A stretch of DNA of 64,000 nucleotides from Lytechinus pictus (taxonomy: Eukaryota): positions 31,746,001 to 31,810,000 of the forward strand of contig NC_087245.1 of the NCBI RefSeq assembly GCF_037042905.1, given 5' to 3'. The stretch's first letter is position 1. Each line of letters begins with the position of its first letter. A program made the translations under genes and the position numbers. Below are positions 38,506 through 50,865 of this stretch, one piece after another. The notes under the pieces were generated by a model that was not told the DNA's origin, searched no databases, and saw only the letters and a list, made by a program, of their open reading frames with translations.

Positions 38506-39904
38506 ATAATACACTATTACAATTTAAATGGTTGTGTGACTTAGCTATATGTAGAAATGAACTAACTTTACCTGTTGCATACTGGAACAGGTTGGTTCCT
38601 TCACAAAACCAATGGGAGTTATAGAATTCAGTCATCAGTGGAAAGTTTTAAAACAAGATATTGTAAAGTAGTCAATTTCTATGAGCAACAGTCACAATTG
38701 TGCATTGTGGGTGTATCCTCTTCTCTTAATACTACAACAGGATAGTCACTATAATCCATTAGAAAGGCAGTGTGGAGCAGTGATGAGCCATGAAAGCATT
38801 ATTTCCTTGCATTTGATTCATTGGCATACAGATGGGGGGCCATGGACCCTTCCCCTCCTCCCCCCCCCCCCCCCGACAAAAAAAATAAAAATAAAAAAAG
38901 AAAGAAAATCTTGACCAAGAAAAATAAGAAATTTAAAGAAAAGTAAAGAAAAATTGTAAAATATATTCATTTCTGAATATTATATCAAAATGGAGCACAA
39001 AATTAGATTTTGAATAAAGAGGTTTGTATTTATTTTGTTAGTTCACCTTGCTCGCTTGCAATTTTTTGTTAGAAATTTCAAATTTCGCCCCTTACGCCAT
39101 GTCTTTCCCCTTAAAATGTAGGGTCCATTGCGCAACTGATATGATATTCATACTGTATAGCCTATTGTGCATTGAATTGAGAATGCACTGTTTCCTGTTG
39201 ACATGATGAGTGGGAGAAGGGAATTTAAAAAAAAAATCACAGAGTTCTCTACGTGATGAGAGGAAGTTGAGATAAATTCAACTAAAATATTGTATCGGTG
39301 TATTAAGCCCCTTTCACAATTGGTGGTACGACTGTTTACAACCGTTGTGATTGTGTGCAACATATATTGTGACCAATTGATCGCAAACGATCGCACAAGC
39401 AATTATGAAAGCCCTGTTAGTGAAAGGTTTATGGAAGCAGCAATCAACTTTACTTTGTAAATGGTTATTACCATTATGTTATGGAATGCAGTGCTTTTTA
39501 TTAAAATTCTACATATGAAATTTGTTGTTTTTTGTCAGATTTAAAAAAAAAAGTTTTTTTTTCTTTATTATTTTAACTTCACAGCATGTCCACTCATTTT
39601 ATCTTCTTCCTCACAATTCCATAAATCTTTTCAGTAAGAAAAGGAGATAAGTACTTAAATTGTATGGGAATCGTTACGCTCAGATCAACAAGTTTACAAA
39701 ATACTTAACAACTTTGTAAGAATTTTATGGACTCTGGAATATCTACAATAATGCTTTTGGAGAGATCCATTTTATAACAGTGGTGTAGATGACATTTTGG
39801 TTTGTATGATACAAAGGTAAAATTGTAATCATAAAATAAATAGAATATAAAAAACACAATCAAAACTTCACAGAAATCATAAAACAAGGATGATACAAAA
39901 TGCA

Positions 39905-40189
39905 GACTTTGCATTCCCTTGTCAAAACTATCCTCTGCCGAAAACGTTTTGCTGTAGCAGCTGCCAAGAGTTGGAATGCTATCCCTCTTTCAATAAGAAA
40001 TGCTTCCAGTGTTCTTGGCTTCAAATCTCCCCTTAAGACATTCCTTTTTCCTCAATAATCAATTTCCCTTTTTATCTTGAATATTGTGGTAATTATTGCA
40101 AATGTTAAATTATTATTCATACATTGTACGCGCAAGGTACCTTTCGTTTTTAGCGCCTCTAAATATCCATTATTATTATTATTATTATT
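39905..40189 (+). mobile_element. L2-clade-like LINE 3' end (ORF2 C-terminus, 3' UTR, (TTA)n tail)
   Basis: RFAVAAAKSWNAIPLSIRNASSVLGFKSPLKTFLFPQ* (stop 40056-40058) fits the typical F-x-V-A-A-x-x-x-W-N-x-L-P...F-K-x-x-L-K-T-x-L-F terminus, followed by a tattattatt tail. Confidence 0.8.
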
Positions 40190-40853
40190 GTAGTATTTGA
40201 ACATTGAATTTGACAAACATTGAAAACAAGTGGATCAATCTTAATCTGAGAAAGATATTTACGGGGAATGTGTCACATGATGTAACGGAAAATAGGATGG
40301 GAGCGGTGGTGAGGTGACCATGAGATTAACCATCCAATATTTATTCATAGAAATGTGAATGACATAATAACATTGTTTTATTGATAGAAATAATAAATGC
40401 TGGAAATGTTTGTAACCTTGGGTGAATTATTGTTTTTTAAAACTTGGAGAGGGGAATGATCAATGAACTTGGCAATAACATCATTGGAAATCAATCTGTC
40501 TCAGTGATTTAAGCCTTTGTGATAATCATAGCTGATGTTTGATATTGATGATTCATCAGTAATGACATGGACTAATTAATCTGTAGGTTAAATGAAGTAT
40601 ATCTGATTTTAAAATGCCAGACAGTTCTAGGCTTGGGGTGTACTAGCTGAAATATTGGTTCAATGTACCACTCATAATGGGGGGGGGGGGTTACATGCCG
40701 TTAGATCTACATTAAGTTTTACTTAAAGTCATGCTTTAAATGTTGATGCTCGCATGATGTGTGATGCACAATCTCATTGATTATTATGCAGTAACTCACA
40801 TTCTCTTCGCATGATTAGACCAATGTGGTGATACCTTACACCTTACGCATCTG

Positions 40854-41009
40854 CGCCCTGTTGCATAAAAGTTTCTATTATGGTACGTTTGCAATCCAAT
40901 GGTAACTACCATGGTAACCCTGATCAACAGCCAATCAAAATCAAGGATTCCATGCAAGTTACCATTGGATGGCAAAGTTACCATAATGGAACTTTTATGC
41001 AATGGGGCC
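40854..41009. mobile_element. Harbinger-like palindromic MITE (ATGGTAAC family)
   Basis: gccctgttgcataaaagtt ... aacttttatgcaatggggcc. Relatives at ~62377-62516 and ~62915-63050. Confidence 0.7.
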
Positions 41010-42418
41010 CAGGAATATAAGTGTGACTCTAGTTACACTCCAATTTTTTGTAAAATACTCCCCAGAAGTAATAAATTCACATTTTAAAAACACATTTTGT
41101 CCTTTTCATATTAAATCCAAAACTCTTCAATTCTCACTTCCTGTGTAATTTTGTTGTGAGCAGGGGAAGAAATGTATTATGAATAAAAATAGAATGAAAA
41201 TTGCAAGAATGGGGCAAGCATATCATAGATAAATTGTCATCTAATTATATCATAAAAATGTTCATAATACTAAATTCAAAATGAAATCTGCACCTGAGCT
41301 TGAAGCAGTCAAAGACCCTATAAAGGCTATGGTCTTGATGCCCCTCTGACTGACCTTGAAAATTTCTACACCCTTTTAAATTTTTTCCTAGTTATGATGT
41401 AATATGTTACCTGCCATCCCAAAACCACCAACAAGTCGCCCAAAACAAATTTTGAAACCTTGTTTTGAGCTTGAAAAAGAACATCCTGAACTTTGAAATG
41501 ATATATGTAACTTGTCAAAATTGATCAACAATAACCCACTCAAGTCCTAGATTGATTATAGAAGAAATTCAGAATATTAAGGAGAAAATCGGGTTTGAAC
41601 TGAAAGTAGGGTTCACTCAGGCATGAGATGTACACACTGCAATTTCAGTGAAACTTCCAAGCAGTCCTGAAAAAAAATGGTAAAAAAAATGTTTTATCTC
41701 ATCTTTTATTTAACTTTACAACTTCAAGTTTCTACATTATGAAGATGAAGAAGAAGAATTACACCTTCGATAAGTTAATTTTCCAATTTTTTTCTCTTGG
41801 ATGACCAAAATACTATTTGGGATAATTTTTAGAGAACCTTACCTGGTGACCTATTGTTGGTTATTGGGTGACTAGTCACATATAGAAATGTAGAACCTTG
41901 CCCTAAAAAGAAAGAAATTTAAGGCCTGTGGTACATCGCAATTGCCTTGGAAGGTGTAGTGTGCCTCTCCCATATAATAGTATGCCAGGGAAAATAGGAA
42001 AAGATATATTTTGCACAGGAAGTATAACCTTGTTTCTGTTTATTACTGCACTTTGATGGAAGGCTAAATTCGGGCAATGCTTTCGACTTGTCAACTTCGA
42101 TCCCTTTCAAGTTTAATGATGTGTGTTGGGAAATAAAAGAGTTCTGTAATGCAGTTATGTACATGTGTATGAATTGGATTCCAGCCATGGCACTGCTATG
42201 AAGGAAGGCATTAATCTGTATTTGATGCTCTAAACCCATGGGAGAGGGTTTCAGTAGATAAAGGCAGAATCCATGCCAATCCTGCATTAAACAACTCATT
42301 CAACTGTTTGTATAAATGAATCTAAAAACGTAAAAGAGTTTTCACATAAATTCATTATGCACATTATGCATACCCTCAGGATAATGGGCATCTTATGTTA
42401 TATTTACCAATAATATGT

Positions 42419-43042
42419 TAACCCAGGGAGCTCTGGCCCGCACAGCGGGCCGGAGCCCAGGGGCTTACCGTGTAATTCGCCATACCCCACGGTAGTAGCG
42501 TGAGGTATGGTCTAAATCATTTTAAGAGTAAATAGTTAAAACAGAAATTAAGCACTTACCACGATTATATGGATGAAGGTCTAACGAGTGGCAGCTTCCT
42601 GACATCGAGGCACAGACTGGAACCTCAAAAAACGAAAAGTTCTGTCGCGGTAGCTCTCCTTCTTTCAAAATTCAAAACAAAATGGCCGATCGAGACCGAG
42701 GCTATAGCACTAGCGCATATAGACTTTGTCAAATTCGCGCATGCGCCCTACACCCTCGGTACCGGTCTCGAACGGCCATTTTGCTATGATTTCTGAAAGA
42801 AGGAGAGCTACCGCGACATAACTTTTCGTTTTTTGAGGTTCCAGTCTGTGCCTCGATGTCAGGAAGCTGCCACTCGTTAGACCTTCATCCATATAATCGT
42901 GGTAAGTGCTTAATTTCTGTTTTAACTATTTACTCTTAAAATGATTTAGACCATACCTCACGCTTCTACCGTGGGGTATGGCGAATTACACGGTAAGCCC
43001 CTGGGCTCCGGCCCGCTGCGCAGGCCGGAGCTCCCTGGGTTA
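42419..43042. mobile_element. 624-bp near-perfect foldback (palindromic) element, ~280-bp arms, 9-bp target duplication
   Basis: ataatatgt|TAACCCAGGGAGCTC ... GAGCTCCCTGGGTTA|ataatatgt. The arms differ at only a few positions, and the mirrored ORFs 42569+/42892- in the track reflect this. Confidence 0.95.
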
Positions 43043-43364
43043 ATAATATGTAAGCTTAATTTTGCATTACGTGAAGGTTTTTTTAGAACATTATACTTCA
43101 TTGATAACTTTCGAGTATTGTAAAAACAAGATACATAACTTGCATTATTTTTCCCTGAAATGTTGCATTAATTTGCTATTTTAATTTGCTATTTGGCTCT
43201 TACTTGGATGAATAAATGTGATTTGATATTTTTCTCCACATGAATGAACTGCCTTTGTGTTCTATGAATATTTGTTATAAAAGAGGAAAAATCAAAATCC
43301 TTTCTTTGCTCCCATATTCATGATGTATTAAAAAATATGTTTTTTAAATTTTCTATTACTACAG

Positions 43365-43524
43365 CAACTTCGAGAAGAGATTGAGCGTGATTTCTACGAT
43401 GGCAAGTTCAGCTTTGAAGACCTGCGGATTAATGATGCAGTTGGACTTTTAAAGCAGTTCTTGAGAGAGATGCCTACGCCCATCCTTACATTTGAATACG
43501 TGAATGCCTTTGCCATGGTTGAAA
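43365..43524 (+). CDS. ARHGAP18: RhoGAP exon: QLREEIERDFYDGKFSFEDLRINDAVGLLKQFLREMPTPILTFEYVNAFAMVE(K)
   Basis: LLK-x-F-x-RE-x-P-x-P-x-L RhoGAP motif; cag acceptor and A|GTGAGT donor; phase 0/1. Confidence 0.97.
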
Positions 43525-43827
43525 GTGAGTATTCCACATTTTAAGAGTTTGATACCACAAGAGGAGGATGGGGAGTTAAATCAACTTCATTGTAAATAAG
43601 GAGCATGCATTTTGAAACCATATTTCCTACAAACAGCTAATTCCTGTAATAAATCTACTAGTGTGGAATCTGTGTTAGATTTCAGTTGTTGATATGTCAA
43701 GTTCTTTATTTAGCGACCGAATGATAATAAAACAACCCTAGTCGTGGGACTTCCTATTGGAGATACTGGATAAGTGTAATTGCTTGATAAACATATAACC
43801 TTTCTTTTGTCCTTCCTTTTTTAATAG

Positions 43828-43910
43828 AAATCAAGGACCGGAAAAAGCAGCTACAGTGCCTTAATCTCCTCGTCTTGGTGCTACCAGATACGCACAGAGC
43901 AACGTTGAAG
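43828..43910 (+). CDS. ARHGAP18: RhoGAP exon: (K)IKDRKKQLQCLNLLVLVLPDTHRATLK
   Basis: QLQ-x-LNLLV-x-x-LPD-x-x-R-x-TLK family motif; tag acceptor and AAG|GTAACA donor; phase 1/0. Confidence 0.97.
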
Positions 43911-44470
43911 GTAACAGTTTATACATGTTTAAAAAGTCTTGGGGAAATGTTAAATTTCGAATGAAGTTTGGTGAAACCATGGTCCCCACGGTGACGGGGA
44001 CGCAACCGTTTTCCTCCGGGGGCATCACTCGGGGAACTATAGTTCCAACCTTGGCCCTGGGAAGCGGGTTTGCTGGGGGTGCTGCATGTATTATTCTCTA
44101 TAGGCAGCACCCCTGGAATTCTGGTAGGTGTTAACAAATGGAAAAATGTAAAGTAAATGACCTACATGTATATTTTGTAGTGAACCTTTTTTATTGCTTG
44201 TCAAATTTACGTCAGCACTCCCAGTAAAAAAAAATGTTCTCGGGGCCCTGGTTCTAACCACCTCCTCTGGCAGCTGTACATATTGGTTCACATGATATAT
44301 TGGTACACATGTAGGTGTTTAAACAGGGTACTTTTGTACTACAGAGTGCGAAGTATGATGAAAAGTCCTGCTTCACCATGCATCATATTTCATGTGTAAT
44401 CTCATTAATGAGAACAGGGTGGCATCTATCCCCTCAGAATGATCTGACCATCGTAGTGATACGTTATATA

Positions 44471-44667
44471 CAGTGGTGCTTAAAAGTTAGTGAACCCCAC
44501 CAGAAAATGCACTCCTTCATGCTGAGTGTTGAATGGAGAAAACAACACTACAAAGTTCGGCGAGCCCAGAGAAATAAACTTTATTGAATGTAATATTTTA
44601 TCACAATTAAATATCTAAACATGGCAGAACTTGAACACTTGAAATATGTTCATTTTCTGAACCACTG
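44471..44667. mobile_element. Tc1/mariner-like deleted element
   Basis: TA|CAGTGGTGCTTAAAAGTTAGTGAAC ... GTTCATTTTCTGAACCACTG|TA. Confidence 0.6.
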
Positions 44668-47600
44668 TATCTACACAACTGGAAATGTAAGTGTGATTTT
44701 CAATCACATTTAAATCTCTGAGAAATCATAAAGTTCATAAGGTAGTATTTGTTGTCCCAAATAAATGAATAAATGGAAACTTGCATTTTTACATGATATT
44801 TTGAAAATACATGTACATTAGAAAAATGAACATATTTACACTTTTAAGTTAAACATTGACACATTAACAGTTATGAACATTAAACAATAAACCTCATCGC
44901 AGAATCACTCAGATTTTGCAAGAAGGTCTGCGTAAAAGAAAGATTCAATATTTGTTTAATTCTCTTTTGTTAGAGGTGAAATATGACATTCCTTTTCCTG
45001 GGAAAAGATTCTTTGAAATATTTGTCAAAAATTTAAGAAAAGTACAAATCTTTGACTTTGTCAAATCCTAATTCTTCTAGTCATGTAGAATAACACCAAG
45101 TTACCCATTTCCCGTACCTGAAGGGTTATGTTGATCACAAGTCTATCCCTCTGTTATAATCAGAAATTCTTATTATGGAAAAGGTAATAATCAGCAGGTG
45201 TACCTTTTCTTATGGTGGGACACGTAGTGACTGATTGCAGATAGAAGGGATCTGTTAGTAATCATCAAAATCTGTCTATTTTCCAGAGAGTACTGACAGA
45301 TCCCCCATGTGGGGATGCTTAGCAGGTGTACCTGGACCCTGTAACATCAAACTTAGCAATTGATCATAGGGCTGATTTACGATTGATCATACACAATAAT
45401 CGGTGCAAGCATTTGTAGAAATCAACCCCACAATCAATCGCTAAGCTTCGTGTAACCAGGCCTTAATGATGAATCCTTCGTTGTCATTGGAGAAAGTAGA
45501 TATGTTTAATTATCAGGGCATGTCTCTGTTTCCCAGATGGGATAGCTTATATGATGCACCACCCTTTCCTACATTCTTAAGTTTGGATTGATTTCAGAAT
45601 CTTGGAATCAATCATCAAAGTCTGTCTATTATTTAAAGGGCAGTGACAGATGTCACTTGTATACCTTGCAATGTGGCAAGACTTCAGAAGGTGGACCGCC
45701 CTTTCCTTTACCTTCGATCGGCTCATGGTCGATCGAAGACGTGGAAGGGAAGACAAAGGCCCTCCAATTACATGCCCCAGTAAATCCCAGTCGAAAGTGT
45801 TCCCTGTTCGTGACAATTTATGGAATATCCCCAAATAGGCTGCAAATGGCTGCCAGAAAAAGAGATTAAAAGGCTTTCAGAGGAAATATCTATTTGTTAT
45901 CTTAGCTTGAAGCCAGGACTTGTCATTTCATTCTGTGGCAGTCCATTATACTTTAAGCATTCACACATGACTTTTTGATCCTTGTGATTTTTAGGTTTTT
46001 AGGTTAAAAAAAAATTAAATGTTATAGTCGTATGACAACTTTTATTATTTCAAATTGCCTTCATTGTTCGATTACTTGTTTTGTTTTACATAAAATTGTT
46101 ATAAACACGGTAATGGATCTTGCAAGAGATTAGCATTGTGTGGTAAATAAGCAACCTTATTGAGATTACTACTGCTTACCATAAACCGTTTTTAAATATT
46201 TTCCCAATCATTTGTATAATGTATTGCATCATGTTGAAGACTTCAGTCTTTACAAATAAATCATTAACCTTGATATGATATATACATTAACTTAAGCAGT
46301 TAATACTGTATAACTATTTCTGTAGCCATGCGCAAGTACAATGATCCAGGTAATAAAACTATGAATTGTTTGTCTGCAATATGCTTTCTTTTTTTGCAAA
46401 CTAAAATCCTTTAGTTTGAAATAAAACATTGTTGCATTTCCCAGGCATAGAAGATTCAGTTGATCACAATCAATTATAACATTTATATCTCTGTACGTTA
46501 CACTCCAGATAATGTGTTAATACATTATCTCCTGTGCAACAGAATAAACAGGTTTTTGAATGACAAAAATTGTCAGGTATCATAACGTGAGATATAAAGT
46601 AAAGACAATACATACATTTTGTTGATTTATTATTAGGGCTGTAATAAGAATGCTAATAAGGGCATTTTTAGTGTATAGGTGTGTATATTTCCAATTTCAG
46701 ATTTGAATGATATATATATTCGATAAAAATAGAAAAGAATAAAAAGATATGTGTGTGAATGAAGATCCCAGACCAGAAAAGTAAGTCTCTTTTTTTCCTT
46801 GCTATATTACGATCCAAGCTACATATTGTTGTTTTGTGTATTTCATCAAAGATTTATTATTCTTTTTAAGTTAGAGAAACATTGATAATTACTGTGTATG
46901 AACACACCACTGTAAAGCTAACCCACCGCTGGGTGTTTTGACTTCAGGCTGTTATGATGACCCGTTGTTATCATCCTGGTTGCTAAGCATGATGGGAAGA
47001 CAGGAAGTGAGAGCAACAGTCTCTGTCATGCAATCGCATTTCTATCCAATTTTCTTTCTTTCTCTGTCTCTCTTTAAAAAAAATTTTAAAACAAATTGAG
47101 TGAAGCTATCAATTAAGTTCTGTGCAGTCCTGTGTAAAAGTCTGCCACACAAAACTTTAAGCAGTCTTAAAAATGTGGAGCAAATTCTAATACGATACCA
47201 GGACAATTATTCCGTCCGTGTATCTTGCGAGTAGTGGATCCTCTCCACAATAAAAGTGAAAAGAGGAAAATAAAACAAAATTAGATTTTAAGGAAGATGT
47301 TTTGTTTCTGATGAGTTTACTAATTCATGTTACGCAAATGATGATATGTTATTAATCCTTTTTAGTGAGTTGTTTTTTTCAACAAGCCATTAGCCATAAT
47401 TGTTTTTTATTGTACATGAAACAGAAAGTAACAGTTAACTCACTTTTTTAGGTTTCAAACATAATATCCTTTGACATTCCTGAGAGTTGATAAGTAGGGA
47501 ATAGGGAAGTAATTTTTTTAGCTGAACCCATGTAGGTCCTTTCGTACATACATAATGTATGATTATCAGAGTTGGAGCGTTTTTCAGAAGAAAATTAAGA

Positions 47601-48953
47601 TCCTTAGATGTAGAGTTGCTTAATGTGTTTGCATTTTTGGTCATATGGGGCTTAAATTTATTTGGTTAAGTGATGCAATCACATATTTCATTCTTGACAG
47701 AGGATATTGAAAATGTGTATCTGTCCAATCTAAATTCATTAATGATCTTGGATAGCGCTTACTTCACCTTTATTATGGCAGATGATCAACAGACAGAAGA
47801 CACAGGTGAGGAAGGAGACATGACAGGCCGATATCTCTGCCCCCTCCCCTCCCTCCTCGCCCTTCTCTTTTTTAATGCAGAACATACAAGAGTTGTAGAA
47901 TGTTTAGAAGGGTAATATGACATTCAACCCAGTAAGCATTTCTCACCCACCATTTTGGCACAAAATACCAGAAAAATGCTTGATGATAAGTCATTATTTA
48001 CCACTGTTGCCCCCCCCCCCCACCCTACTCTTTCTCTCCCTCCATTTATGTATTTCTCTTCTTTTAAATTCTTTTTGCCCTCTTTGCAAAGACCTTTACA
48101 TGATCGCAAATGAGAAGAGATTGGGTTTCTTCGAAGGGGGAGCGAGACATTGCCCCCAGCTGTCCAGCCCCGCCCACTCATTCAGAGCGATTGAGTGTGG
48201 AGGGATGCCAATGAAATTACTAAAAAGGAAGACGCGCCCCCTCCCCCACCCTCCATATTTTAATTTTGCAGAGATATTTTGTAATTTATTAATTAAAGGA
48301 CAGTACCCTTTCTCAAGGGTAGGGGGACATTCACCCCAGCAAGCCAGCCCCGCCCACCCTCCTGGGATGCTGGGAGTCTAGTGAAGACTATGATCAAGAA
48401 ACAGAAGGCCCTAGAACGAAAGAGAAAGAAGGAGAGAGAGAGCATCCTGTTAAGTCTTGACTCAGATTGGAGGAGAGTGAGTCAGATCATATCGCGATGA
48501 GGGGAAGCTTTTCATTTCTTCCGCTTCCCACGCTCGGGTTTCGCAAGGTTTACTCTCGCGCAGTTTCTTGACACTTACCATTTTGGAGCTCCTCCATAAG
48601 ATTTTGCAGCCTTACTTGGCACTTGAGTGGATGCCATGGCATGTGCTTGAAATCTACCTGCTTGTGGCGGTTACAAACTGATCCAGAGGTCATTGGTTCG
48701 AGATATGCATCGCGTCTTTGCGATGGCAACCTCAAATTCTTTCCCAAGACGTATTGCATATTATGTAAAATCTTAACACATTCATATATCTGGAGGTTAG
48801 TGTCATCACTGACTCTATCCAGAGATCGGTATCATGCAGGACATGATGATGTGACATTTGATATGCATTTGTGATCCTCACAGTATAAACCACAAGGCAA
48901 GGTTTTGGTGTCATTGAGTACTTCCTCAGGGAACTCTTTTAAGGTGCTTTGGA

Positions 48954-49142
48954 GGTGACACGACATTTGCTTATGAGAGAATGGCTCCAGGCTTTTTATC
49001 ATCTATGATGTAGGGTTAGGGTTGCAATAGGTTTGTGTGTCAGTGTTTAGGGTAGGGTATAGTGTTAATACATGGTTAAAGTTTGTCGTTTGTGTGGAAT
49101 TCATAGCAGAGCATTTGTCGCTGGCCCAAATGTCATGGAATC
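48954..49142 (+). mobile_element. Third copy of the 13718-13904 element
   Basis: ggtgacacgacatttgct ... caaatgtcatggaatc, with gggttagggtt inside. Confidence 0.7.
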
Positions 49143-49987
49143 ATTTTGGATAGTTCAAAACTTTGGTGTGGCATTTCCATAGCAATGATTTAGTAAACCT
49201 ACATGTAGGCTAACTCAGACCACACTTGTAAGGAGTGCCATTTTCCAACTCATTTACCAAGAAAAAAAATTGATCATTCAGGAAGTCATTCAGGAAATAA
49301 GTTTTGTTAGAAAATGAGAAAAATGGGACATGAGTATACAAAAAAAAGGTGTGAGATTCCTCTTTTTAAGTGTTTTTAACTATTTTTGCTGTTGATTTCA
49401 GCTTTATTATAGCTTTCCTCTGAACAAAATTTTTTGGAGCTCTTTCAGATCAGTTTCAGGGTTGTTTTTTTTTCAACACTTTTTTCAGTTTTTATTTTTT
49501 ATTTTTGATCACTCACACCTTTAGTACATCATTTTATGTCATGAATGTTGAAGTAAGATGGAACCTATCACTCAAGTATGGTCTAAAATGCTTGCTTAGT
49601 ATGGAGTTCAATCTGAGTTTGATTATCAGAATACCACCCGGGATAATACCAGCTTGGGACTGGGATAATAACATATCTATGAAGCATCCAGGGCCATTAT
49701 CCTGATTTATAAAGTAGATTAGATTTTTTAGATTTAATTTTCCGCAATCTGATAAAAATTCAGATACAATAGCATAAAAAAGTAAAGACCATTACCCCAG
49801 CTCTCACCTTCTTTTGGCACTTAGGGCTTCCGAGTACGATGACTGTTTACATACCGGTGATAAAATCCCTTTTTAGAGAGAAAGAAGGCGATTTTATCAT
49901 GTCCTCAAAGTTAATTGACAATAATTGCACCCTTGTTGAAGATGGGATGGCATAGATGCATCCTATAAGGGTCAAATCTGTGGCATG

Positions 49988-50865
49988 CTGATATGCTTTT
50001 CACACTGCACTTTTTTTCCTTAACCCTGGGAAATAGGTGCGGCTAAGGGGGGTCTTAGCTCCACCAATTTCCCGGGGTTAAGCTTGGCCCACTTCGGTTT
50101 CACACTACGTTACTACGTTTTGGCAAAGTGGGCAAGCACAGTAAATAGTACGGTACTATCTAGCCCTACTAAAAAGCAGGGTTAGCCGGCTTTTTGCGGT
50201 GCTAAGAGATGTAGTGCGAAACGAAAACTGGGCTAAGGAAAAATGTGGCTCAGCATGAGCCAATCAAAGAAGTAAAAATTGCACGTTAATCACAAGCTGT
50301 GTGGCAAAATCATTAATATTCTGTGCGATAATCCGGGGTTTAAGCGTTAACCAGGCTAAGAAACACAGTGTGAAACAAAAAAAAGATAGTATGGGGTTAA
50401 AGGCCATCGCACACCTTACGACTGTTCGCAATCCGATTTTGGAACAAATCGCATTTTGCTCATTTTCTGAAAATGTGAATGGAACATATCATTTTATTTG
50501 AGGTTAAAATTAATTGAAAGAATACTAATATAACCATTTTGAAAGATTACATGCCTTTATTTTGGAGTAAAAGCGAAATTAGTTTCATATCGTAGCCAAT
50601 CGTACGACTGCTATGACGTCATTACGACTAGATATTAAATTCGCTTTTATTCCAAGAAGGATGATAGCATCGTCACAGATTTGAACATAGGTATTCGTAC
50701 GATGATTTAGAACATTACACAGTAAGATATTCCAAGTCTCAATATTAGCATCAAATTCTACTACATTTTACTCTGAAATCGGGTCGCAGACCAATCGTAA
50801 GGTGTGCGGTCGCCTTAAGGATAGTCCGGGGTTAAGTATAGTATGGGTTATGGAAAGCGTATCAG
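49988..50865. mobile_element. Outer MITE-like element with GGGGTTAAG/GGCTAAG repeats, interrupted by 50401-50815
   Basis: Ends ctgatatgcttt / aaagcgtatcag. Repeated ccggggttaag and ggctaag motifs continue on both sides of the inner insertion. Confidence 0.55.
50401..50815. mobile_element. PIF/Harbinger-like MITE (TAA target duplication)
   Basis: TAA|AGGCCATCGCACACCTTACGA ... TCGTAAGGTGTGCGGTCGCCT|TAA. Confidence 0.85.

Noticed and set aside
42569..42892. Two head-to-head ORFs with identical N-termini (MDEGLTSGSF...)
   Set aside because: Artefact of the palindrome; no recognisable domain.
47917..48381. 154-aa ORF, the longest in the track
   Set aside because: Low-complexity C/T-rich intronic sequence with no recognisable motif or splice-consistent role.
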